Notes under the pieces: model-generated
Databases searched by the model: none
Told to the model about the DNA's origin: nothing
What the model saw: only the letters and a program-made list of their open reading frames with translations
Made by a program: the position numbers and the translations under genes
Source: Takakia lepidozioides
Lineage: Eukaryota > Plantae > Bryophyta
DNA length: 64,000 nt
Assembly (NCBI GenBank): GCA_030704615.1
Contig: CM060734.1
Span: forward strand, 44,392,001-44,456,000
Direction of reading: 5' to 3'
In this document: one piece after another, positions 53,000-64,000 of the stretch
Position numbering within the stretch: the stretch's first letter is position 1
Layout: the number at the start of each line of letters is the position of its first letter

Positions 53000-55790
53000 T
53001 ATGTCTCCAGTTGAAATTTGCTTCGTCTCTATCACCAGGGGACTTCCCATTGAGGGGGGATTGATACCAGGTAAAGCGCATGTTGGGACGACTAGAGCCG
53101 AGCAAGTCGCCTTTGCCCAGGACTTACGGAAATCTTGAAGCAACTTCTCCCCTCGTTGCTTCGAAGTTCTGGGAAGAACTGCACAAACAGTGTCCCATGC
53201 TTTCCGCCCCCCAGTTAATAGATCATAATAAATATGAAACAAGATTGATCTTCCCCTGGGGGATTTTCCCTCATAAACCCAATTACATCTGGCTCTCCAT
53301 AGATTCCACAGAGTGTGGGCTTTAAGAGTAGCCCAAACTGGGCATGTACTCATTGGTAGATCAGGCAAGAAGTTCAAAAGCAGGAGAGAATGAGAGGAAA
53401 GAGTTGGGAATGAAGCCCAGCTGTGAGAGTATCTAATGAGGGTAGAATGAGATAACCAACCTCCATATCCTACTAGATAGATTGCAGAACAACAGACAGT
53501 GCTCTATAGGTTCCGTTTGTGTAAGGCAAAGAGTACAGGTAGGGTTATCCTTGTGTGTTCACTGTCTGACTGGAATGATTCTATGTGTGAGCTTCCAGAG
53601 GAAGCCTGATATCTTTGCTGGCCTCTGCTTTCTCCACACATCTTTCCAGATTTTGTCCCAGATTCCTTAGGCGAGTTGGATATTCCCCCACTTAGCTGAC
53701 CATTTGCCTGCAAAGGAGCGGATTGGGTTGGCAAAGGAGTACCCCTTTTTCACCGAGTATCCGCAAATGGGGTCTTCATCTTATCCATCCACTTCCACTC
53801 ACCTGGGTCAAACTGTAGATCTTCCGAAGGACACATGAGGAACCAGGTGAGGGTTTCATGACGGGCCCATTGAGCTTCCATCCCTTGTGGCGGTAAGGGG
53901 TTGGCGTTTCCTTTGCCATCAAGCAAGTCTCTTGTGTGGAATAGGATTGTTTTATCCACCTCAACCATTCCTGTATAAGCAAGGTCACCTTCACAATCCG
54001 TGTAGAACCCCAGTCCAAATGCCATTGATCCGTGAGTTTCTATGATAAGAATCACTGATTTGTCATTGCCCTGGTTGTAAGCCATCCAGGAGGGCGTGGG
54101 GGTCGTGGTGCAGCTTTGGGCGTGAGCCCGAGTAGGTAGGGGCTGCCCAATTCCGACCTTTTTTAGTAGTGGAGTCATGTATTGTGGGAGATTGGCAAGA
54201 AGTGTGCCCCAGGCCTTTGGATCTTCTTCTACCGAAGGTTCCTGATATGGCCTCTTTTGTAAGGAAATTTTCTCCAGAGCGCATGGCTGCAATGTGGGTG
54301 AAACCCCGCCCTTCCTAGATGCCCATATGGGGGTTGAATGCGCGAGTAAATCACCGGAGTCCATGTTGTAGTTCGCAAAGAGGGGGTTGCCGAAGACATT
54401 CCTGCCAACCTGTGGGTAAGGTTACCTCTCATGCTTTTCCATGCTCTCCAGATAGATTGCCAAGGCATGGAGCCAAGTGTCACCCTAGCGTTTTTGCCTT
54501 GAACAATCCATCTGAGAGATTGAGCCCACAGGTTGGAGGTTGAAGGCACTGAGCCCACAAGATAAGGTTGAATGAGCTTTGCTCCAGGGGGAATTCCTAT
54601 GAGTGATGGCCCTAGGGATCCATTTTGCTAACAAAGCCTTTATTTGAGCTCCAGGGTCAATGATTCCTAGACCACCCCGGCTTTTCTTCTGGCACAATTG
54701 ATCCCAAGAGAGTAGTGCCCTTCTCACCTGTGTTGTTTGGGTGGCTCCCCAAATAAAATTGCGTGTGAGGGCTTTAATCTCCTTGAGCACAGTTGAGTCT
54801 AGGTTCCAAACAGCAGTGAAGAACCATAATGAGGCTTGCATAATCTGTTTTGCAACGAGGGCCCTCCCTACAATTGAAAGCATTGCAGAACACCAGAAAG
54901 CTAGTTTCATTTTATATTTTGCAAGCACCTCCCTCATCCTGCTTTGCTGCGTCATGTTTAAGCCCATCTCATGGCCAAGCAGAGTGTGGGTTTCCCTCTC
55001 CTGCAACCACCTCAAGCCAATGTCTGCTCCCCATGATTGACAGTGTGCCACCCCTGAACCAGCTTGCAACAGGGACACAATGCCAATTGATTTTTTCTAG
55101 TTGATTTTTAGCCTGGAACCAAGGCAAAAGGTGTACAAAGCATGTAGAGCCCTATCAATATTGCTCCGAGTGGAATTGTCAAGTAGCAAAACAGTGTCAT
55201 CTGCATACATGGACAATTTGAGCATCTGTGGTATGAATGTTGGCAGGTGCAGCCCAATGATGTCCACTCTGTGGTCAAGTAGGTGTCCCAGCGAATCCGC
55301 AGCTATTAGAAAGAGAAATGGGGCCAAAGGGCAACCCTGTCTGACCGATCTGGAAATAGGAAAACTCTTGGAGACCACACCATTCACCATTACTCTGCTG
55401 GAAGCCGAGTGCAGCAAGATGTGGACCCAAGAAAGAAATAGACCCCCAAGCCCTATCTTCTCCAAGGCCCCCATGAGAAATGTCCAATCTATGGAATCAA
55501 ATGCCTTCTCAAAATCTAGCATAAGAAATGCCAAGGGCTGATTGTTCACATGTGCTTTGTGTAAGGCCTCATGTGCCAGTAGGATGTTGTCAAGAATCAT
55601 ACCATCCTTGCGATATCCAGTTTGATCCTTTCTGATTATATTTGGCAGCAGAGGTTGTAGCCTCAAGGCAAGGGCCTTTGCTATTATTTTGTAGGTGGAA
55701 TTCAACAATGTGATAGGGCGGTAGTTGGCCATGTCTTCCCTGTCTCCTTTCTTGAAAATGAGGGTGACGAGCCCTTCAGAAATCAAATTT
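53000..55790 (-). mobile_element. 5'-truncated, frameshifted L1-clade LINE (RT and downstream region)
   Basis: NYRPITLLNSTYKIIAK, LDFEKAFD, VRQGCPLAPFLF, SMYADD, SWDQLCQKKSRGGLGI, LWNLWRARCNWVYEG. Confidence 0.9.
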
Positions 55791-57026
55791 GAACTACTTA
55801 AATCATTTCTGTGGCATGAGGGGGTTTTTTTTTTTGAATTTTTGAATTTTAGAGAAAGGGGATAGAGGCCCTTTTAATCAAATTTTCATTCCGCTCCAGC
55901 ATAGTCTCATAAGCTTTTGGGAATCTATGGTGTACTCTGGTCTGCTCAGGTGAGCATGCTCACACACCCTATTCTTACATTATTCCTGTTATCTTCCGTG
56001 TGTATGTGCCTCAAAACAATTTATAAAAAAAATGAAAAAGGTCTCTTCCCGATGGAGGCAACAATTTAATGTTCCTTCATAAGCTTAATGAAGAACGCCT
56101 TCTGTTGGAAGGTAGACACTATATCAACTAGGTTATGCACATGCAAGCCTGGCACAAGGATTGATGAAAACGTGGATAGAGTTTGTACAAGAAATATATA
56201 CTGGTAGGGTGTCTTGTCATTCTCATGCTTCATTGGCCTCGGAAAGTCATTATGTAGATGATGGAGGTGAAATTGACAAGAAATATCAACGACAGATTGA
56301 GAATTTTTTTATGATGGATCCAGAGGTAGCAAGGAAATAATGGAGCAGGAAATTTGCGTGGATTGAGAGAGAGAGAGAAAGGGAAGATGCATCTGCAGAA
56401 CTACAATTTGTTTTCGGGAAGATAATCACATTTTGGGCTGCCTGATAATCTAGCTATGCATCAGAAAAGCCCCATCACAGGCACAAACCAGTACATTCCT
56501 ACTGCCTTTAATTATAACATTGCTCTCCTATTTCAACTAAAGATTCACAATGTCAAGACACTGACTCCCGCTAAATCCCTCTAATTCCTGAAATGCGAAG
56601 ATGCTGTCTAGGGTATGCCCTTCATTATAAAGGCAGGCACTGCTCTCATTGTACTTCATTCTCCAACAATTGTGCTCTTCAAAGTAGATCTCATCAAGCT
56701 CACTCACATTTCCGCACCCCTTTTTGGGTTGCTTCCCTCTGCTGACACAGGCCCTTCAACTGGCTGCATGCTGAGACAGGGTCCGCCCGTTAATCCCAAA
56801 GAGACGAGGAGTTAAGAGGGGCATTCCGGCCTGGTATTCCCTTCGGCACTGAAGAGCCCCCGAGCATCCTGCTACCTATGAACCTGTGGTACAGCGTAGA
56901 CGAAGGGGGAAGAAAGATGAGAGCAACAAAGCAAGGCGCCTTCATCTACTGATGCCCTTATCACTACAATTGATGATTCCAATGATCAAAGATAAGGAGA
57001 TACTGGGTGAATTAACATCCAAGACC

Positions 57027-57572
57027 TTAAGAGCACATGGCCTTCTCCACAACCTCCTTCAACTCCCCAGTTTTAAATGCCTCAAGAGTGATATCGCAGC
57101 CACCAAAGAATTCGCCATCAATATACAGCTGTGGAAAAGTGGGCCAATTAGAGTACTCCTTCATACCCTGCCGCAACTTATCGTCCTCCAGAATGTTAAC
57201 TGTCTCATACGGCACACTTAAGGAGTTAAGAATCTGCACACAAGTGTTGGAAAACCCACATTGCGGGAACATCTTGTTGCCCTTCATGAACAACACCACC
57301 TTATTGGACTCCACACACGCATCCAGGGCCTTCTTCAACTCAGGCGTCAATACTCCAGTACTACTTCCAGATGGCTGGAAGCTGGCTCTGCTGGTCAGCA
57401 TCCGCCGTTCTACTTTGGAAACCTTCAGACCTGGGGCTGGGAAGGCGACACTCCCACCCCGCCATCTGCAAGTCACCGAGGCAGCCTTCTTTGAGCAACC
57501 CACTTCCGCAACCCCTGCAGTGCCCACAGGCTGCATACACAAGCTCAGCACAGGGGCGGCCATGGCTGCCAT
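57027..57572 (-). CDS. GRXS14: Plastid monothiol (CGFS) glutaredoxin, single exon
   Basis: Transit-peptide-like N-terminus, KVVLFMKGNKMFPQCGFS, YSNWPTFPQLYIDGEFFGGCD. First ATG at 57572. Confidence 0.92.
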   Translation of the reverse strand: MAAMAAPVLSLCMQPVGTAGVAEVGCSKKAASVTCRWRGGSVAFPAPGLKVSKVERRMLTSRASFQPSGSSTGVLTPELKKALDACVESNKVVLFMKGNKMFPQCGFSNTCVQILNSLSVPYETVNILEDDKLRQGMKEYSNWPTFPQLYIDGEFFGGCDITLEAFKTGELKEVVEKAMCS

Positions 57573-59736
57573 TCTTTCTCTCTCGCTCTCTCCCTCCCTC
57601 CCTCCCTCTGACACCGCCCTTTAACAACGTGCTCTACTTGCTTTCATCTCTCCCACACACATTTCCTACCCCATCTTAGCAATTCTGAATTACCCTTATG
57701 AAGGTAGTCTTTCATGTTTGCCAAGTGGGTGGGATTGCATCTACCTTAGAGTATCCATACATATAGTTTATCGTAGTGTCTATAGTTCAGGTGATACTGG
57801 GCCTCGTGGATATAGATCTTCAATGTCGTTTCCGGTGAAGTTTGTGATACAACCCTAGATCCACTGGATCTACCATTATCAAGGTAATTCGATCCTACAA
57901 TGGTTTCATACCTCCATAACTTGGATGATTTCGAAGATACAGTTCATTACAGTAATGGCTTCAGTTAATTCCAAACGTATGATGTGGAGAAACTGAAATA
58001 TGCGGTTTTCTCCCATAAAGTTTCTTTCGAGAAGCTGCGTAATCTTCTTGTCTACTCAAGCCCTGCGGATTGCGTAGCTTGTGTAGATGTGAGTTGGAAA
58101 GGCGTAGCATTGTCTGTTCCATCTTATGAGCCTGGTTTGCCGTCAGGGATGCTGATTCTCTTCTTTGGATCCATTGTGGTTTGGATTTTTATTCAGAATT
58201 TCTACTTCCAGATTTAGAAATCCGTGACGCTTGGATGGCGTGTAGAATCCAGTTTGTGTCAAAACTGGAATGGCGTAAACAGTAATCTGCTATTGCGTTG
58301 AATCAAGGAATAATCTGTGTGGATGATGCTGTGCAGTTTAGGTGATAGTGAATTAAAGTAAACACTAAGTTTCCCCTCCATCAAGACAATAGGAGTACAA
58401 GGCAACCACTGAATTTCTTCAGCATTCTAACTAGCAAAGAAGGAAAGTCAATCTCGCAACCCACAACAAATTCCATGTCAGCTTTGTTCCCTAAGGAATT
58501 CTTTGACATGATGTTCACAGTCGCTTTGAGAATGTTGGGAGCATCCACAGTCTTTGCCAATCTTCGTGCTGGTCATATGAACACCCTGAAATCATTTGTT
58601 TGAGTGACAGCTAGTTCCTCCGCAAGGAAACATCAAAGACATCCATTTTACACACTTGAGTGCTCTTCATTTCCACTGCGTTAGCAACTTCTCCAGGTGG
58701 TAGCCATGGATTCTCAACATGGATTACTTTATATAAAAGGAAAGAGCCACAGGAGAAACACTCATACATTAGCCATAGGTGCAACCTATGCAACCTGAAG
58801 AAATTGTCACAAGATGAGTTACAAGAGGGGGCTACAATCCGCATCTTGACCACAATCGTGCCGGGCTTCTGACGCAAGCAACGCATATGTATTGAGCTGG
58901 TGCAAAAACTAGTCTTCCCAAAACATGGTGAGGAGGCAGAATTCATCTGCGCCATCTGACAATTGAAGTGCCTGAAAGATGATATAGTGAGAAGATCTCT
59001 CCAGGACTACCGACATTTCAGCTCATAATTATTCTCATCCAAAAGGTACCTGAAGGTTGTGGCAGTGAGAAATGTAGCAGAATGGAGCCTTAGAATGTAC
59101 TCATAAGACGTATATTTGCCGTAGTCTTGTCGCCATAGGCCCCTTGCCTAGGCAGAACAGAAGGGAAAATGAATGGAGACTTAGAGAAAAGTTAGAACCA
59201 ATATATATAGAGGGCCAAGTAAGGGAGAGCAGATGGAAAAGACAATGAACAAACACATAATAGGGTCAACACCTTTATTTATATCACTACATTGCTAAAT
59301 TAGTACAGGAAGAGGCAGAGGTAATCTATCTACATCCTTATAATGATTACTTCTGTGCAATACTACTTACACCAGACATGGATCACCTTCCAACAAGAGA
59401 CCCACACACTTTCAAGGAGAGAACAAAACCTTAGTACCCAGCATATTTTCTGAGATAAGATGCTCAGGAATTGAAGAAAGACTATGTGGCTCTGCACGTA
59501 TGAACATTAATAATCATTAAAAACATAGAACTGCAGTTTCAAGTCCTGTAGGAAGTTTCTTGAGTAAGGCCCAGCAGCTATCAAGGCCTTAAACCAGTTC
59601 CAGAGAAGCTGAGTTTTCACCCTAACAGAGGTCAGATTGTTTCTGTAGATGTTTGATAGTTTTTGGGTAAACAGAAACCACCCTCATCTTGGAGGCTTGG
59701 AACCCCTGGTGGTTATGAAACATTTTCTCAGAGTTG

Positions 59737-60891
59737 TTAGACATATGCATTCAGCCTCGGCTCAAAGCTGATACCGCACGACTGCCACATGTTTACTTCT
59801 GGGAGCTCGGGTGGGAAGTCAGAACTGGGCCACCAATCCCAGGATTTTTTCCTGATATCGTACATCAAAGCTGGCCTGTAGTCACTGCTGGTAGGCGCGG
59901 TGAAGAAGATCAAGTCACCTGTTCCAAAGCATGAGAGAGGCTTACTAGGCATCTTAGTTCCGAAATCCTTGCACATCTGGGAGGGCATCCTTTCGAGTTC
60001 CATCCACTCCTTTTTCTTTGGATCAAGCTCCCATATCTGGATTGCAAAGGTCGCCTGCTCCTCAAGCCCTCCTATAAGCATAAGTCTGCCATGGCATTCC
60101 ACAAGAGAAGGAGACATGATAGGTGCTGGCATTCGCACTGGGACTTCATGCCAAGCCCCCTGCCGCAGGTCGTATGCTAGAAGACCTAGAGTTGAAAATG
60201 GATAGGTCAGGCAGTAAAAAATGCCATCACACCAGAGAGAAGTATCTCCACCAATTTTGCGAGCAGGCGACGAGGCACCACCTTGGGTCCATGAGTTGCT
60301 TTTCGAGTCATAAATTTCCGTTATCATGCTGTGATCTTCCAGCCGACCGCGCACTAGAACTTTAAAAGCTCTGGCCTTCTCATCATACACCATGCCAACT
60401 GTGGCTATCATCCAAGTCAGCATAGGAGGCAGCTTTCGCCACATTTGAGTCATAGGATTGCACACGTACATACCTGGCCACTTGAACCAGGCGTTTGAGA
60501 AGCATAGCAGTCCTCCTGCTGCTGCTACCACATGTAGATTGTAAGCATTGAAAGGGATCGGAACATCATACCAGCTATCCAAGCCAGAATCGTAAGCAAA
60601 CATTGAATTTTCGGTAGAGGTCATCACGATCCAAGGCTTTTGAGGCGCAATTTCCAACCGCAGCTTCGCAAATGCTTCAGTGAAAACATATCTATTCCAT
60701 CTTTTGCAGACAGAACGCATCCGGACAAGACTGTGGAGAGGTAGACACGCGAGTACTCTTTCCAGAAGCTCCTCAGGGAGCTTACTCCATGTCTTTGCAT
60801 CGAGAATAATGCCTATCTTAGCCATGTCCTCACAAAATGCCACTGCCACAGCTCCTGCTTCATGGCTCAAAAGGGATACCTCTTCGGCCAT
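59737..60891 (-). CDS. F-box/kelch-like protein (384 aa), single coding exon; probable 5' UTR intron at about 61021-61173
   Basis: WSKLPEELLERVLACLPLHSLVRMRSVCKRW F-box; AAAGGLLC, VCNPMT, LVECHGRLMLIGG, FEPRL C-terminus. Confidence 0.92.
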   Translation of the reverse strand: MAEEVSLLSHEAGAVAVAFCEDMAKIGIILDAKTWSKLPEELLERVLACLPLHSLVRMRSVCKRWNRYVFTEAFAKLRLEIAPQKPWIVMTSTENSMFAYDSGLDSWYDVPIPFNAYNLHVVAAAGGLLCFSNAWFKWPGMYVCNPMTQMWRKLPPMLTWMIATVGMVYDEKARAFKVLVRGRLEDHSMITEIYDSKSNSWTQGGASSPARKIGGDTSLWCDGIFYCLTYPFSTLGLLAYDLRQGAWHEVPVRMPAPIMSPSLVECHGRLMLIGGLEEQATFAIQIWELDPKKKEWMELERMPSQMCKDFGTKMPSKPLSCFGTGDLIFFTAPTSSDYRPALMYDIRKKSWDWWPSSDFPPELPEVNMWQSCGISFEPRLNAYV

Positions 60892-63800
60892 CCCTTCCCG
60901 TGAAAAGACTAAAGATTATCCAGGACGAGAACCTCCAAGCGGCTCAAAGCTTCACCTAATGCGTGTGTGGTAATCTACTCGTACATGGTCAAAGTAACTC
61001 CAAACTCCACCATACCGAGCCTGCGAGAAGGAGGAGCAAATATGAGAAGTCAGAACGAAAGAAACGGCGATAAAGAAAACTAAACACCTACAACCTCCAC
61101 GAACCAGTGTAATATCAGAAACTGACAAGAGAAAAGGATAAAACAGACAGACAGCCTAAAGAGCGAGACTAACTTGGTCCAACCTCCAGAAGTCCTCAGG
61201 ATATTTCAGAACAACCCGAAAGAAAACCAACTCAAAGGTGAATACAAAGACAAATTACGACAAGTGAAACAGAACTGAACAAACAAAAATTACATACAGA
61301 GAGATTGTGAAAATGAAACTCTCCAGGAAGCTTCAACTAGCGCCAGCAGAGAAAATAGAGTGAGGGAAAACGTGATGAAGAAGGAGAAGAAGATGAAGTT
61401 GAAGAGGTTCGAATTCTGCACACATCAGAAAAAACAAAAGTAGAGACACACATAAAGAAACGGAGAGACAGAAAAAGAAAAAAAAAAGAGAGAGAGACAG
61501 AAAGACCAGCCCGCCGCGAAGGAAGCTCCAATCCTGCTCAGCCACTAATCCCTCAAAACAGAGAGAAAGATAAATAAAACATAAACATGGAAAGTGGACA
61601 TCACCGCCCGAACTCCATCCAAGATACCAAGAGGGGGGTACCGGGGGACCCGGGAACCAGGCGCAGCTACCGCTGCCTGCACACTTGCCCGCCATGCGTT
61701 CGCCGCTGTCACTGTGCGCGGCCCCCATGGCAGATATTCCCGTTCCCCGCCCTCCCACACGCCATCCTTTGTTCTCTCTCCTCGGCCCCACCCCCACGAT
61801 CCACCCTCCATCATTCCTCGGATCCATCATTTCTCTTCTCCATCCCTCCCATCCCCATCTCTGATGCATCTCCCTCTCTGTAAGTACTCTGTACATCACT
61901 CTAGACTTTTGTTCGGCAATATAGTTAGGAGGTGACACTGTTTGGGGCGGCCGCTTTCCCATGGGTGGGACCCGGATGTTGTTGCCATTGAAAAATTTAC
62001 AGCGTCTAGAAAGCTTTCCAACCGCATACTGTTGGAATCTTCCATTGGTATCCCTAGGTAGATGGTGCTAGTCTGGTGTGAGAGAGAGATGACGTCCTCT
62101 AAACAAGACCCTTCCGTATGGAGTCTAGAGATATCAGATACCTTTTCTCCCTTGACTGCAAATTCTGCACTTCTGGCACCCTTTAACTGAACACATGGTC
62201 AGATCTACACAGCTTGACCATTGTATCACGTTCCTGTGACTACATCCCCTACACCTTCACCTAAGCTTCCAACGAATTTTTCCATTGGAATTGGAATCTC
62301 ATAGCTTGTTTGTGAGCATGAAAAGTTTCTGCAACCTAGGAAAAGCATTCACATATCTGTTTGAATGGATGAACCAATTGAAACCAAATTCTACAGGAAC
62401 GTGCCTCATGATGTTGGCCACCTCCTTCTCCTAAGTTTTCAGGGTTTTGGGGTCAGATTTTGGTATACCTCCTTGGTACTGATCTGGAGGGGGTTTGATT
62501 TTCTGCTCTTTGCCACATTGTTGGGTTTGGGACAAGTTTGTGTTGTGTTGATTGGAAAACTGGACGGTCCTAATGTTGTCAATCAACTTGCTAAGGTCCT
62601 CCTAAATTTTGTTCTGATGGGGTTTCTCAAGTCTTGTAAGAGAAACCCCATGCTCAGATCTACAGAATTGAGATGGGGTTTCTCTTACAAGACCTCTAAA
62701 TCTGCACTGTCCTTGGCTTATCCAGTGGGCCACCCCGCTGAAGATGGGGTCACCCCACTTGGCAGCGGGACCCGCCCTGCCCTGCATTCACTGCAGTGTG
62801 AAGGGCGGGACCCAAATTCCCACCTTGTCCGCAGGCACCCGAAGATTCGGGCAGCGGGCCTTGTGCAGGGCCGATTTGTCCGCATGTCACGATTTTTGCC
62901 GTGAAAATCGCCATAACTTTCTGCCATCTTCACCAATTATCCTGGAGCAGGTTTCTCTTGCTCCGGGCTACAATGTTTCTATTTACTGCAGGTCAATCGG
63001 ATTCGAATCAAGGAAGCTACAGTGACTTGAACAAAAGGGGTGCGATCCGTTTCAAATGTCGGAGAGGAAATCTGCATATAGTTAGCAATTTGCAGTCAAG
63101 AGTGAAGCTCCCAGAGGTGATGTTATCATGGACCTACAAGGACAACTGCCTCCAATCTCGACAATCTCGACACTGACCTAGAGAGGTTTTCTACCCAGTA
63201 GTCCAGACTGAACACTGGGCTGCCCCCTCTGAAGCCTCCATGTCTCATTAACATACAAATTCAGAGGCAACAGTGAATCATAGTTCACCACTGACTGTAA
63301 TATAGACATTTTGTGATAATAGTCCTAAGAAAACCTTAACATTAATCGATGAGCTCAACATCTTTGTCTCGTGAGGTAGTGTGTCAAATTGTGTGGATAC
63401 GTTAGATTGATTCCAAGACATGAAATTTGAAAGGGATCGAGGTGGGATGACATACATGTTTATTAGTGCAGCGTCACACCGTGCTGCTTCGGGCTTGTAA
63501 TGCCTGGTAGGTAATCTGACAACTGTAGCATTTTCTGGCACCCTGACATGTCCTCATCCACTTGTTGACATGTCTTCAGATCCGAGGGGACATTTACTAT
63601 CCCTGATCACGGTGATCAGGGACCTCGATGCTATGCTCTGTCTGACAGAACAAGAGGTCTTTTGAGTGCCTGTCCCCCTCTTTCGAAACAGAAAAGACAG
63701 AGTTTTTTCTGTGGTCCCAACTTTGCCAGATATTGGACCAAACCTTTTACAAGAATGCTGATATCTCATCTACAGGTGCAGGCCCCCGTGCGATTTGCAA

Positions 63801-64000
63801 ACATTGGGGAAAAGAGATGATCTTCTTGGAGGGTTCCAGACACACGGAAATCAACTTTACAACTTTTGGAATCGTGCAACCAATAACCAAAGGCACCAAG
63901 GGACAACGATAGACCAAGTCCCAAAAGTCAATCAAACGAGGCCCGACCGAATGAGTCGGTAGCTGAGGTGAATGATGGGGTGTGTCAGGAACAAATAACA

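Noticed and set aside
59980-60005. miR394 target site in the F-box gene
   Set aside because: The equivalent position (GAACTCGAAAGGATGCCC) differs too much from the recalled GGAGGTTGACAGAATGCCAA site.
61333-61962. 209-aa ORF and overlapping ORFs upstream of the F-box gene
   Set aside because: Low-complexity promoter/5' UTR sequence with no protein motifs.
62000-64000. Possible DNA transposon (TTCTGGCACCCT at about 62171 and 63533)
   Set aside because: The two motifs are in direct orientation; no paired TIR, TSD or transposase motif was found within the window.

Overview
Eukaryotic, intron-containing plant DNA. PLS-type PPR/DYW genes, RTEX-like LINEs and the gene style suggest an early-diverging land plant, but that is inference. 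Host genes: two tandem copies of condensin subunit CAP-D2 on the - strand (one runs off the left edge and is intact over the 4 visible exons; the other, about 13.5-32.9 kb, has premature stops), a 10-exon serine carboxypeptidase-like gene, a 2-exon ABCC/MRP transporter, a plastid CGFS glutaredoxin and an F-box/kelch-like gene. The rest is rich in mobile DNA. Three observations stand out. (1) A 6.4-kb TTAA-flanked element with CCC...GGG TIRs (piggyBac-type ends) carries a mosaic of PPR-DYW and ARF1 gene fragments, a candidate Pack-piggyBac; it is nested in a TA-flanked MITE, and a second piggyBac-type MITE lies at 47 kb. (2) An RTEX-like LINE family with a 3' hairpin and (CATTT)n tail repeatedly inserts into its own copies in the same orientation, including a nest of about 8 kb. 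(3) In the longest LINE copy, ORF2 follows ORF1 in frame after a single UAG, has no early AUG and is followed by a stem-loop, a candidate stop-codon readthrough signal. All coordinates were read by eye; TIR, TSD and exon boundaries were counted, while edges of degenerate repeats are approximate.
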